Assembly: GCF_963506605.1 (NCBI RefSeq)
Contig: NC_083282.1
Span: 43,772,001 to 43,836,000, forward strand
Length of the DNA stretch: 64,000 nucleotides
Direction: 5' to 3'
Origin: Zootoca vivipara
Lineage: Eukaryota
The translations under genes and the position numbers were made by a program. Positions 1 to 19,298 of this stretch are shown here, piece by piece. The notes under the pieces were generated by a model. That model did no database searches and had not been told where the DNA came from. It was given only the letters and a program-made list of their open reading frames with translations. Numbering within the stretch: position 1 is the stretch's first letter; every line of letters starts with the position of its first letter.

Positions 1-287
1 GCCAATGCACAATATCTATAGACTGGAGTTATTGATATTAGAATTCTTGACACGTGAGCATGCAAAGTAAAAAGTTTCGTCCGATATATGCACCACTCAG
101 AGAGGCCAGCAGACAAAGGGAGAGAGTTTAAATTCCCTCTTTCACTTACTCTTCTTCCTAGAGTAACAGGCTTGAGCAAATAAACTGAATGAAAGCTACT
201 CTCTGGCAAAAGAACGGAAACAAGTATAGTTTATTGTTCCTTAATGGAGGCTCAATTAACTTTCATAAAAATAAAACTTATTTAAAG

Positions 288-638
288 GATAGAATCAGAG
301 TTGGAAAGTATCTCAAAGGTCATCTAGCTCCCCCCCACCTGCCCCCTGCTGATCAAGGAAATCCATTGCTACGTGGTTCTTTAAGCAGTCTAGGTGACCG
401 CCTAAGGAAGGCAAGTCCACCCCCTTTCTGAGGCCATCTGTTCCACAGATGAATAGCTCATGCTATCAGGAAGTCCTTCCCAATGTTCATCTAAAATTTA
501 ATTTGAACTTGTTAGCTCTGGAAGAAGAAAAAAATTGCTCTACCATCTACAGTACGTGACTTCAAACATTTGGCTGTCATGTTGCCCCTGAATCATCTCT
601 TCTTCAAGTGAACCACATTCAACTCCTTTCCTCATAGT
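288..638 (-). mobile_element. CR1 LINE 3' fragment
   Basis: CR1-type 3' end read on the minus strand (AGAATCAGAGTTGGAA...GGTCATCTAG; TGTTCCAC..GAATAGCTC..TCAGGAAGT). Confidence 0.65.
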
Positions 639-706
639 ATTCGTTATTTGTGTAATTGCCCACACAGAAATATAGCAATTGGGGAGGGGGGTGTTATATG
701 ATTTAC

Positions 707-3700
707 CTCAATAAAGACTGAGGAACATTGGTTTTTACAAATGGAATTGCTCCTTGATGTTTCAACACCTGAATGACAACCGCATCTGTTGCTGCGGGCA
801 GGTTGAGATGCTTCACCAGGCCCAGTGTGGAATNNNNNNNNNNNNNNNNNNNNNNNNNNNNNNNNNNNNNNNNNNNNNNNNNNNNNNNNNNNNNNNNNNN
901 NNNNNNNNNNNNNNNNNNNNNNNNNNNNNNNNNNNNNNNNNNNNNNNNNNNNNNNNNNNNNNNNNNNNNNNNNNNNNNNNNNNNNNNNNCAATGCTCTTT
1001 CACATATAAATTGTCTAGTAATATTCCTGATGATGGAGAGTTTTATCCAGGCATCCCCAAACTGCGGCCCTCCAGATGTTTTGGCCTACAACTCCCATGA
1101 TCCCAAGCTAAGAGGACCAGTGGTCAGGGATGATGGGAATTGTAGTCCAAAACATCTGGAGGGCCAAAGTTTGGGGGTGCCTGGTTTTATCCATGGAGAA
1201 AATTGAAGCCTAAGTTCATGTCAACATGTACACTAGAAGGCTAACAGGTCAGGCCCACTGCCACTGTTCAGTAGGGTTTCCCCTCCACACAGGATTCTAG
1301 CACAGGAATAGGTTTTGTAAATGAATTGACCCAGCAAAAGATAATGCCCCACTGTGTGCAGGAGGGCATTCACAACCAAACACATATCTCCTAGTACAAT
1401 GCAACTTGAAAGAGGATCTTCTGCATGTGATGGGGCTGGTTCTCGGCACATACGAAAGCAATTAGAAGACTGATCAATCACAGGCATCCCTCAACTGCAG
1501 CCCTCCAGATGTTTTGGCCTACAACTCCCATGATCCCTAGCAAAGAGGACCAGTGGTCAGGGATGATGGGAATTGTAGTCTAAAACATCTGGAGGGCCAA
1601 AGTTTGGGGATGCCTAGATCATCACATCAAATTATGGAAGCTCCACTATGTAGCTGCCATGTCACACTGAAAAACTGCCCCCAAATTAGGTAGGAACAGC
1701 ACATCATTCTGAATGAATCAGACACCAAGGAATAGGATCCAAGTAGGGTTGTCATACATCCGGAATTTCCCAGACATACCCAGAACACTGCAGTCAGAAG
1801 CAGTGTTCGGGCAGAAATCAGCAGAAATGTCCAGGAAAATCCAGACGTATGGCAACCCATTATTTGTGCCACTTTTCCTTAAAAATAGCTTTAAAAGGTC
1901 AACAACTTTGACCAAAAACAACAGCTTTTGTGCCCTGATTTACACTTTCTGAAATATGGCTACCTTACATCCAAGTCTCATTTCTGCAAAAAGTATAGAC
2001 GTCATGCTACAATGCCAATCCCACCCTGCCCCTCAGATTCTGCTAGATAAGAAGATTGCCTCAGCAATTTTTCTAAGACATGGTTTCTCTGCAGATTTAC
2101 TGGTTTGACACATGAGCACAGGGCATTGGTGGTACCTTGCAGTCAATGGAGTCCTTGATGCTGATGGGAACGCCATAGAGCAAACCCTTCTTCCCCTGAC
2201 TTTTCACGTGCAGAAGCTGGGACTCACAATCTTCCAGATAATCAGTCACACAGTTGACATCTCTAGTCACTTTCAAGGCCTGTGAAAAGCAGGAAAAGGC
2301 AATCAGTTCAACCCACCTTCCGAGGCCTTCTTTTCTACAGCTTAGTACCTCATATAATTAAAACATACTTCCAAATAGTTAAGTCAAAATCTCCTTTTAT
2401 GTACTTGGGAGTTTGGGTTCTACCCACTGGAGCAATAGAAATAAAGTTTCTCCAGCCCAGAGTGGCTGGGGAAACCCAGGCAGATGGGCAGGGTAGAAAT
2501 TTTTTTTTTTTTATTTCTCCACCATCAATGCAACTTATCAAGTTTAATAAACAAAATGAAACAATGTGTTTGTGTGAGGGGAGGGGTTATTGTTTTGTTT
2601 TATTATGTATTTTATGCTCTCATTTTGTATTTTGATGTTGTGAACCACCCTGCTATCTTCGGATGAAAGGTAGTACAGTACCCAAATTTAATTAATAAAT
2701 AAAAATATTTGAAGACTGCTATCATATTGCTTCTTAAACATCTACTCTCCCGGCTAAACATAGCAAACTCTTTCAACTTTTCCTCATAGGATTGGATCAC
2801 TATCCTTGTCCTCCTCTGGACTCTTTCCAATAAAAGTTACTTTTCAAACCAATCGGTTTAGGGTTGGAATGCAAGAGAAATCCATGCTGGCACCCTGAGC
2901 AGCAGACCGAAGTTCAGACAAAGGATTTACAGTCTGCTATGTAGCATTTATTTGCTTGAGTGACAAAACCACTTCCGTTCCCACTGTGGCACACGGGGAA
3001 CAAATTAAGTGCAAAACATTGTGAACAATATTGGCACTATGTGAACAACAACAACGATGCCCAACACAAAAAACCTTCAAGTATTCAACATTTACAAAGC
3101 ACCTAAAATTTTCTAAGCATTGTACAGGTATTATAATATACATTATACAGTGAGTCTGCAGGCAGCGCCTCATAGCCAGGATACAAGAAGTGAGCAGGGA
3201 AAAAAACTGGGGCAAAAGAGGAAAATAAACAAATTCAAAAAAATGGAGCAGAGTGATTTTTCAGGCAGGGAGCAGGAACACAAGCTCCCAGCAGCCTTCA
3301 ATAGACGGGGTCAGTTCCCTTTCACCCTGGATTACCTTGAACAAAGGGCAGAGTTTACCAGCCAAAACTTCACTCTGGCCACCACCACATCCCCTTCCCC
3401 ACACTCATTTCCCTTTGCTTTTGGTGGAATGTCAGCCACACCTCACCTGGTCCATGTAGGCACAGAGGACATTCTCAGGTGAGAGTGATCCATCCCTCAG
3501 TTTCCCACAGAGTTCAGGAAGAGCCAAAGACAAGATGGGTTCTGGTTTGTGTCCTGGATTCTGAAGGAGAAATAGTAACAATAATAAAAAACAAAAAACC
3601 ATCAAGTCCAGTGTTTTCCCCCCCGGGGGGTACACATACTCTTAAACATATTGTGAATCTAAGCTTGGCCTCGTTGAGGGGCAGTATTTCAATATGAGTA

Positions 3701-6502
3701 GGAAAATGAGAGTACCCCTAAACATTTTAAAAAATAATAATAATAAACACTGAGTCCATTTTATATACAGTATATATATATAGCAATCATACTACATTGC
3801 TGACTCACACCAACTGCTTCTATAATCCCACAACACAAAAGCAAATGCTTGTGTTTCAACACAGCAGGAGGAGGGACCCCGCCAAAACTATTTTTGTTGC
3901 ACACTGGAAAGAGTACTTGACTTGATCTGAAGGTGCTAGTCAAAAAACCTGCTTGGTCACTAGGTGGCTTTTGGCAACTCTCAGATGCAATTACTTATTG
4001 GGTGGAAATATGGGAGCAGCCGCCTTTGGAAGATTGATTCAGGTTTGACTGCATCCATTGCCTGGATAATAGAAGTGGTACAACTGACAGTGTTAAAGGC
4101 CTCCCAACCAGTGGTGGAGCTACCTGCTCTGGCACCGGGAACGGCGTACATCCGGGGGCATGGCTGCTGCATGACCCAGGGGGCATGGTGCACATCCCAG
4201 GGGGCATGGCTCGCCGCCTGTGAGGATGTGGCATACATTGGGGGGGTGCACGTCGAGTGGCGTGCGCCCCAGAGCATGCACAGTGACCACGGGTGTCCCA
4301 GGGAGTGTGCAGCGAGAGGAAAGCATACTGAGGCATGCATGGTGAGTGCCAAGTGTCCCAGGCGGTGGGGCAGCCGCAATGTCACCGCCACCTATGGCAC
4401 CCGAAGCGGCACTGCTCCCCCCACCCCCACCTTCATCTGCCAGTGCTTCCAACACTCCATCAAATTAAAATTAACAGCCAGTGGAATACTTGTGACATGG
4501 TCTGATGAATTCCCCTCTCTCTCAAATCTTGATTACGTGGAGACTGGACTTCTTGTGGCCACATTGTTTCTTCACTGTTTCTTCCATTGCTCTCTGGGAC
4601 AGGTAGGTGGCTTGCATTTCAGGGTCTTCTACTGTCCTAACCACACTTAGTAAGGGAATCACACTCACTCCAAGGCCACGTGTTGAGTGGAATAGTGGGT
4701 GGGATGGCCCACACTTCCTCCCCACTCTTCCCACCCCACAGCTGACCACATGCGGTTGAATTTGCAAGCATATGTTGAACACACGTAAAATGCAGTTGTA
4801 CTGTACTTCTGAAAATCTCTGGGAACTTTCCAGTTCTTCAACCTAAGCTTTCTTGAGTTTCAACTCTACAACATACTTAAAAAATGCTTAGCGTAGGACC
4901 AGGGAGACTAAATTTCAAATCTCAATTCACTCAGAAAGCTCACTGAGCAAGTCACTTTCTCTCATCTATTTTGAACTCTCCAATAAATAAATCCAAGCCT
5001 TTGATTGGATTGTGACACCTCAGTCAGCTCAGAACAACTCACATAAGTTTAGCAAGTGAAACTTTCTTCACCATCATTCTACCACATTTCAGTGCTTGGC
5101 TGTTCTTAATACCACAAACCATGATAAAGGAGCCCTGGACAGTAAAGTCCAGTCAAAGGTTACTATGGGGTGCAGTGCTCATCTTGCTTCAGCCGAGGGA
5201 GCCAGCATTTGTCCATAGACAGATTTCCAGGTCATGTGGTCAGCGTGACTAAACCATTTCTAGCGCAACGGGACACCGTGACGAGTGCCAGAGCGCACGG
5301 AAACGCCGTTTACCTTCCTGCCACAATGGGACCTATTTATCTACTTGCACTGGCGTGCTTTCCAACTGCAGGAGCTGGGACAGAGCAACAGGAGCTCACC
5401 CCATTGTGCGGATTTGAACCGCCAACCTTCCGATCAGCAAGCCCAAGAGGCTCAGTGGTTTAGACCACAACCCCGCCCACTCCCACCACAAAAAGCCAAG
5501 GCAGCACCCTAGAGGCAAATAGATAGATTTCTGCAGGCATAAGCTTTTGTAGACTAAATGCTTGTGTCTGGAAGTTGCCACAAAGTACATGGTAATGAGT
5601 CAAGATCAATCTAGTGGAACGTACTTCTGCCCGCAAATGCAGCTGTTGCACAGAACAGAGTCCAGGCTGCTTTCCTCCCTCTGCCACTCCCTCTGCCACA
5701 GCACTGTGAAAAGGCACAAGGGATCAAACGCTCCCTTTTAGGAGCCCTTAAAGCACGGGCAAGCGGAATCAATCTGGGGGCCGCCATCCCCTTCTGGGGG
5801 CCACATACCAGCGGTGCACAGTTTTAGAAGTTAAAGTGAGCAGAGCAAAGAATGTAAACATTGCTTTCATACAGCAGGCTCGTTTCAGCGCGCAACACAC
5901 AGACACACCCCTTCTCCATCTTCCATCCAGGAAAAGTAATTGAATATCAGAGTCCAAGGACACCTTCCATCGGGGGAAGGAGGACTCGCACACACACAAA
6001 CTCAATGAGATGCTGAAATAGGGCCAGTAGGGGGCGCGGCTGGGAAGGAGGAGGCTTGGTGTATGCATTCACACACACACACACGGGACAGAGGCTTATC
6101 ACCACAGCCTTATAGTTGCAGGAAGAACCTTCGAGGTTAGGGCTGCAGCTGGCTCTGCCCCGTGACCCTCCAGGGGGACCAAACCAGCCAGTCTTTCCGC
6201 TTCGGGGGTCTTCCGACGACCCTTGCTCGGTGCCTCCAGCTGTCCCGTCCCGTCCCCCGTCCCCCCGAGGTAGGAATCAGGTGCGCTCAGCGAGGAGCCG
6301 CTTCCAGCCCAACGCCACGTACCTGCTCTTTGAACTTTCGGGCAGCCTTTTCCATTCGCTCCAGCGCACGCTCTCGCCTTTCTTTCGCCTCTTCCACCTT
6401 CCTCTGGACTTTCCGCCGCCGCCGCCATCTCAGCAGGAGGACCGTCGCCCCCGAGCAGCACAAGAGAGACCAGACGAGACTGGCGTTCATCCTCGCCTCC
6501 AT
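707..6502 (-). CDS. FAAH: Fatty acid amide hydrolase / vitamin D3 hydroxylase-associated protein-like amidase, exons 1-4 (gene continues past the left edge)
   Basis: Exon 1 6323-6502 (MEARMNASLVWSLLCCSGATVLLLRWRRRR...KFKEQ, N-terminal TM helix), exon 2 3447-3560 (NPGHKPEPILSL...AYMDQ), exon 3 2136-2279 (ALKVTRDVNCVT...LLYGVPISIKDSIDCK, catalytic Lys motif), exon 4 visible 707-833 (STLGLVKH...QGAIPFVKTNVPQSLL) with its 5' end in the N gap. GT-AG boundaries are in phase and the gene is syntenic with NSUN4. FAAH versus a VDHAP-type paralogue is not resolved. Confidence 0.85.
834..989. other. Assembly gap hiding the acceptor of FAAH-like exon 4
   Basis: Run of N. Confidence 0.99.
1048..1183. mobile_element. 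Palindromic ~136-bp hAT MITE (family A)
   Basis: CAGGCATCCCCAAA...TTTGGGGGTGCCTG; 8-bp TSD GTTTTATC. Confidence 0.9.
1481..1616. mobile_element. hAT MITE family A
   Basis: Near-identical to 1048-1183; imperfect TSD. Confidence 0.88.
1744..1967. mobile_element. Non-autonomous hAT element (TAGGGTTG termini)
   Basis: TAGGGTTGTCATA...TATGGCTACCTTA; near-TSD GATCCAAG/CATCCAAG. Confidence 0.65.
2705..2830 (-). mobile_element. CR1 LINE fragment
   Basis: Minus translation ERVQRR..SYEEKLKE..MFS.E.R.LRSNMIAVFKY, the CR1 ORF2 C-terminal signature. Confidence 0.7.
3609..3752. mobile_element. hAT-like MITE family B (CAGTG...CACTG)
   Basis: Shares AAAATGAGAGTACCCCTAAAC with the copies at 50588 and 58169. 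Confidence 0.7.
4109..4445. mobile_element. GC-rich non-autonomous hAT-like element
   Basis: Termini CAGTGGTGGA / TCTGCCAGTG; near-TSD CTCCCAAC/CTTCCAAC. Confidence 0.6.
5125..5475 (-). mobile_element. Sauria SINE
   Basis: Homologous to the copies at 21203 and 52638 (TTCCAGGTCATGTGG, GGAAACGCCGTTTACCTTCC, CCTATTTATCTACTTGCA). Confidence 0.85.
6022..6039 (+). promoter_or_regulatory. CTCF-type motif
   Basis: GGCCAGTAGGGGGCGC matches the CTCF core CCASYAGRKGGCRS; lies in FAAH-like intron 1. Confidence 0.55.
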
Positions 6503-6900
6503 CCCGGGAAGGATCCCGCGCGGCTACCGCTTCGTCCGCTACCACCGCTGACAGTGCCGGAAGGCTCGGCCCCCGCAAAGGGCGGAGACTGGATTCACGG
6601 GCTTGGACTCCCACACGGATTTCTCCAAACGCGGCGCGCCGGAAACCCATTCCGTTTTTATGCCTTCCTCCTACCCGCACCGTTAAAATCCACCCCGGGT
6701 TTCCCGGATATACAGTGCTGCTGCCCGAGAACCTCCACCTGCGATTTAGAAAGGGACAAGTTTCTGGTCCGTAACGCAGCGGAGGATGGGAAGCTTTGGG
6801 GGCTGCGCGAGGGTCGCCACACGCTAAAGAGGACGGGGCTCCCGCGCCTTTAATCGTTGGGAAGGAGGGATGTCAGCGGGCGTAACTCGCGTGACAAGCC
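6100..6900 (-). promoter_or_regulatory. CpG island / promoter of the FAAH-like gene
   Basis: GC- and CpG-rich segment spanning exon 1 and its upstream region, against a CpG-poor background. Confidence 0.7.
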
Positions 6901-7883
6901 CAAGCACCTGATTTTCTCCCTTCTACGTTAAAGGTGCAACAACTACCGGCCTCCTCTTCTCCCCTTGGTCATGAGGATGAGCGTAGTCTTTCGCTCATCT
7001 AACTTTCCCCAGCTAGGTAGACATCCTATGCATCCTAGAGGTAAGCTCTACGATGTACAGTAGTGAACTGAACTTCAGAGGTGTGTATAGCAGTGGTTCC
7101 CGATTAGCTAAGTACTGTGGACCCCGTTTTTCAAAAGCCAAGCTATGGACTCACCCCCTACTTTTTTTGGGGGGGGGAAAGAAGTATATTTCTATGGTAG
7201 CTTTTGTTATGTGAATGGTGCAATGGACTCCTAGGGTATGTAGACCAACTGGAAACAACTGGGGGGTGTATAATCCACATAATGCAGCCCCTCTACACTT
7301 CCAAACATAGCATGAATTCTGCCAAAAAGATATGCACCAAGAATACATGAAAGCTGAAAGCTTGCTAATTAACCACTTTACACTTTTCCCCCTGGCATCT
7401 GATTGCGACTTTCTGGTTTTCAGCATGTCTTTGATTCCATCATAACACTTTCAAAGTAATATGTTTGTAAAAGCACAATGTGTACCAGAACTAACATTTT
7501 AATATACCATTGTTTTATCTTTGTAATCCAGCCTTTTTAAGAAATGTCCACCAAAAGGTTATATTCCTGGTTTGAGCCACACTTCCATTGTGCAGCAACC
7601 AACATCCACGCTCACCTTGATCAGAGGTCAAAATAATAAGTTAAGAATGGAAAAATTATTTCAAGGAAAAATCCTTACATCTCACTGACCCCTAAATAAC
7701 AAAACAGGCTGATGGCGGGACAGATTAAAAAACAGGAATCTTATCCTGTCTAGCTGCTAAATTTTGAAACAAAACTTGGCTAAGAACCGCGCCCCCCCAA
7801 CACACACACACACAATGCTTCAATTATGTACAAACCAGTCCAGTCCAATGCTGAGAAATACATGGGCAGGCCTGCCAGCAATG

Positions 7884-8936
7884 CGCTGAAAGCAAAGAGT
7901 AAGGTAACAGTAACTTCCATCATAGAGCTTCAGTATGCTGATGACAATGTAGTGTGCACACACTCGGAGGATGACCTCCAAACCATCCTAATTATCTTTG
8001 CAGCTTACGAAAAGCTTGGCCTATCACTCAATTTCCCAAAAATCAAAGTGCTGCACCAACAAGTACAAAATAACCCCTCTGCAGCGCCACAAATCCAACT
8101 CAATGGTGTAATGTTGGAAAACGTCCATCACTTCTCCTACCTAGGGAGTTATCTTTCCACAAGGGCCAACATTGATGCCAAAATCCAGCATCGCCTGAGC
8201 TCTATGAGTGCAGCTTTCTCCCAATTGAAGTGCAGAGTGTTTGAGGACTGGGACATTCACAGGGAAACCAAAATGCTTGTTTACAAAGCTATTGTACTAC
8301 CAACCTTACTATATGCTAGTGAAACATGGACCACTTATAAAAGCCATCTCCAACTCCTTGAAAGATTCCATCAACGGTGTCTCCGAAAAATTTACACATC
8401 ACTTGGGAAGACAGGCGAACTAATATCAGTGTACTGGAAGAAGCAAAGATCACCAGTGTTGAAGCAACGATTCTTCAACATCAACTTTGTTGGACTGGTC
8501 ATGTGCAGATGCCTGATTATCGTCTTCCAAAGCAACTACTCTATTCCGAACTTAAAAATGGAAAGTGCAATGCTGGTGGTCAACAAGAGAGGTTTAAAGA
8601 CTCTCTCAAGGCAAATCTTTAAAAATGTAGTATAAACACTGACAACTGGAAAACACTGGCCTGCGAGCACTCCGGTTGGAGAACAGCCTTTACCAAAGGT
8701 GTCATGGGCTTTGAAGACACCTTAACTCAGGACGCAAGGGAGAAACATGCTAAGAGGAAGGCATGCTTGGCAAATCCACACTGTGATCAACTCCCGCCTG
8801 GAAACCAATATTCCCATTGTGGAAGGATGTGTGGATCCAGAATTGGCCTCCACAGTCATTTACGGACTCATTTTTAAAGCTGTATTTATGGAAGACAATC
8901 TTATTCGGCTACGAGTGATCGCCAAAGAAGAAGAAA
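7884..8936 (+). mobile_element. RTE-clade LINE, 5'-truncated 3' fragment, frameshifted
   Basis: RT motif ELQYADD, FSYLGS, VLPTLLYASETW, HITWEDRRTN, RLPKQLLYSEL spread over shifted frames; short (GAA)n tail. Confidence 0.88.
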
Positions 8937-9289
8937 GCTTCTTCCAGCCTCTCTAGTATGAACAGCACCAACCTGAACTCCTGGGAGGCTGGGGGACTTT
9001 CCTCTGAAAATGCATGCAATAAATTTGATGGTGCAATTATATTATGCCATCCACCAGATAAGTTTCAAGCAGCCATGTCCAAGATTCCAATCACATCTTG
9101 TATATGACTTCTTTCCTGCAGTAGCCACTGGATCCAAAAGTCTTAAGTGGCGGTTGAACAGCCTATTAAGTCATTATGGATAGGAAGAAAGTATTTGTAT
9201 CTTCACCCAAACACACAGTCTAGATCAGGTAGTCAGTTCTCAGAAAAGTTTAGCAAACATTTAGAAAATGGACACTCCAACAACAAATT

Positions 9290-9432
9290 TAATACCCCTC
9301 CCCACCCTCTCACTATATATAAGGGTCTGGTGACTTCTGTTTCTGTGTATCTGAAGAAGTGTGCATGCACACAAAAGCTCATACCAATGACAAACTTAGT
9401 TGGTCTCTAAGGTACTACCGGAAGGAAAATTT
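9290..9432 (+). mobile_element. Solo Penelope terminal-repeat fragment with a degenerate hammerhead motif
   Basis: Homologous to about 16030-16165 (TATA-like TATATATAAG, GTATCTGAAGAAGTGTGCATGCACAC.AAAGCTCATAC, ACTTAGTTGGTCT.TAAGGT). Confidence 0.85.
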
Positions 9433-9788
9433 TTTGTTTTATCCCTGAGTGGTTCCACTTGCAGCATATGGGCTTATGTAAAAAAAATATTCCTATGCAG
9501 CCAATATACATGGCAGAAATCATGGGTGGTATTCAATGATAGTTGCACACATCAAAGGCTTGTACACATGACGTCCTCCCATCTGTGGAGTGGAGAATTT
9601 GTTTGGTAGCAACCACAGACAGTGAGTAATGTAGGTGTTTTTTTTTTAATGGCACACAGGGTTGGGGTCAATTAAGCAAAATGCTGGTTTTTCTTGCAAG
9701 CTGCATCATAGTCTTTATGCAAAAAGACAGGTGTCAAAGGGAAGTTGGAAATATCCCAGGCCACTTTTCGTGCCGTGCCATGCCCATT

Positions 9789-16535
<6,747 letters not shown>

Positions 16536-16727
16536 CGCTAGGCTCCGACGCCAATGAGGACAGCCCGCCGGGCGACGCAGAAGCTCCTCCTCCTCTTCCG
16601 GTGGACGCGGTCACGCCGGGTTGCCGGAGCCTCGTGTATTTTGCGCCAGACGCGTGCCGCCGGAGGTTTCATTCCAAGCAGGTCGTTTCGGGCGGGCACA
16701 GGTTACCACGTCTTACTACCTCTAGCA

Positions 16728-16917
16728 CAGGCATGGGGAACCTGTGGTCCTTCAGACCTGGGTGGGGCTCCCAGCACACACGGTCAGTGGTCTAGGTCTG
16801 CAGCAGGGGTAGCCTCGTCCACTGCAGCTCCCATCAGCCCAGGCACCGTGGCCAAGGGCAGAGGATGATGGGAGTTGTGGTCCAAAACATCTGGCGGGCA
16901 CCAGCTGGGTGCCCTTG
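16728..16917. mobile_element. hAT MITE family A variant just upstream of NSUN4
   Basis: CAGGCATGGGGAACCTGTGG...ATGGGAGTTGTGGTCCAAAACATCTGG. Confidence 0.65.
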
Positions 16918-17369
16918 ATCCAGACGTAGGTTTTCCATTTCTGCCATAGCACATGAGTTTGCATCTGCTCTTTAATATGTGAAAACCAAATGAGCTCCTT
17001 GCTTTGTTTTTCTTCCCAATTTCAGCAATTGTGTACTAAAGAACAAAGCACACTCCTTCAGCTTGCTAGCACTGTGGGGCCACTACACCATGAAGTTGTG
17101 TGTGATGTGTATAGTGCCCGTAATAGAGCATTCGCAAACATGGAATGTTGGCTCATCAGCTAAATTGATATTTTCAGTGCTGAATTGATATGTAAGGTAA
17201 CCCAACTTCGTTTATGACCTTTAACAAATCTTCCTTAGTTTAAAGCAAACTCCTACCAACTGTGTGGTTTTTAAAGTCCCTACATGCCACCCTGGTGAGG
17301 TATGGCCAGGGCTGATGGATGTAGTCCATCTGGATGGGACCCAGTGTTGAGGAAGACTGTCCTAAAGTA

Positions 17370-17567
17370 CAGTGGTACCTCTGGTTACAAACTTAATTCG
17401 TTCTGGAGGTCCGTTCTTAAGATGAAACCGTTCTTATCCTGAGGTGTGCTTTTGCTGGAGGCACATGATTTCTGTTCACATCCCGGGGCAAATTTCGCAG
17501 CCAGGAGCAGCTACTTCTAGGTTAGCGGAGCTCGTAACCTGAAGCGTTTGTAACAGAGGTACCATTG
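17370..17567. mobile_element. Tc1/mariner (Tigger-like) MITE
   Basis: TIR CAGTGGTACCTC / GAGGTACCATTG, TA flanks. Confidence 0.8.
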
Positions 17568-18688
17568 TATATCTACCATTCAAAGGTAATTCACTGGTCT
17601 CTCACATGAAACAATCACAACTTCAGGAATCTGTGTTCTCAAAGTGGAAATCTACCCTAGAGGTTTTCCATAGGATATTGTTCCCTCCAATTAGGACACC
17701 TATCCTTTTTAGCAGTTGTCTGACATTCAAAAGATTAGTGGCTGAAGTTTCTCCCAGTTTGTGTCAAGATGTCTGCAGGTCAGGCAGACATTGGGTTGTT
17801 AAACTGGCTTCTGATCAGCTTCCCTCACACACTCCTGCCATTCTAGAGATCCCTGTGGCATTGCCAAGGTCTCTTCAGAGGTGATCTCACTTCAGATACG
17901 GCTGAAACCTGACCAGATCATAAGAAAAGGCCTGACACTGATGAGACTGTAGCTCTGATGTTAAGAATGGAAAATGGGAGCCCATGGTACAAAATGACGA
18001 AATAAGCCTTAGTAGCTTGCCTGAACATGTTGCAAACTTGGTACCGCAGTCATCAGAAGTGTTTGAAATAAAAGCAGCTAGTGTAGGAACTCAGCTGATT
18101 TGATTCTGCATACATCTTCCACAGTGGGGAGTTCTTTCCTTCCTAGGATTCCTTCAACATAGATTTGATGTTGGTAGGGGAATGTCTCCAGCTGTACAGG
18201 CGAACACTCTGCTACGCAGCTGCAAATACAGCTCAAATATAGATGCCACATAGGCACCATGTGTAGCATGGGAAATATTACATACAAGCTTCCAGGGTAC
18301 ATGTGTGACAATGTAGACAGAATGCCATTTAAAAATATATCTCACTAATAAAGGTTCTGCAGATATTATTATTATGTAAACATATCTACATAAACTCTTC
18401 TAATTCCATAATCTCTTCTAAATTTTGGATTCTACCTCCCACCCTTACTATAAAGGAATAGGAAGATGCATATTATTCAGAGAAAGTAATGGACATTGTG
18501 GAAAGAGGAGGTAGCCAGCAGCACACACAAGTCTATATTGTTTAGGACCCTAAAACCACATACTGTCCCCACACACAACCTGCCTAACCACTTGCATCCT
18601 TTCCAATATTTCTTTCACCTATACTGTACATATATGTCTTCTGACCTCCTCTTTGGTTTCTCCCTCACAGTAACTATTAAGGATATTA

Positions 18689-18916
18689 CAGTGGTAACTC
18701 TTACTTACGAACTGAATGCGTTCCGAAGGCACATTTGTAAGTAAAAAAAAATTGTAAGTCGAATCCCATAGGAATGCATTGGGAGAAAAAATTTGTAAGT
18801 CGAAGCAACCTTATCTAAAAATTTGTAAGTAGAAAAAATCCTATCTAAACCGCATCCAAGATGGCGGACGGAGCTCCATTCGTAAGTAGAAACATCCGTA
18901 AGTAGAGGTACCACTG
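18689..18916. mobile_element. Tc1/mariner (Tigger-like) MITE
   Basis: CAGTGGTAACTCTTACTTACG...CGTAAGTAGAGGTACCACTG, TA flanks, internal TTGTAAGT repeats. Confidence 0.82.
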
Positions 18917-19298
18917 TAGTTGCTGTTTTGTGAAGATCTGTATGCAATTAAAAGTTTTCATGAAAAAATGGATCCTTTGCATTACTAAATTGCCTAATTT
19001 TTAATGTTTAACTTCAGAGCATGCTAAGATGTCTTGGCTGTCATAACAAGCAAACATTTTCACATTTGACAGGAAATATCTTTAATATCAGAAGTCTACA
19101 GAAACACTGTTAAGCAGCCGCAAATCTTCTACATAACAGATGTATCCTGATGGCAACTCTTATATTCTCCCAGAATTACCATTGAGTTAGTTGCATTCAC
19201 TTTCGTATCCCATGTGCAGAGCTGCATGTTTACTCAAACTGAACAGACTCAGGTTTTCATCAGCTATGCATGAGGAGGACACAGGATTATATTAACAT

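Noticed and set aside
3964-4650. 228-aa plus-strand ORF
   Set aside because: Largely a GC-rich non-autonomous transposon; no protein motif.
6116-6853. 245-aa plus-strand ORF and overlapping ORFs
   Set aside because: Antisense to FAAH-like exon 1 in a GC-rich island where stops are rare; Pro/Arg-rich with no recognisable domain.
17900-17950. GAAA...CTGATGA as another hammerhead
   Set aside because: Stems II and III cannot be paired.
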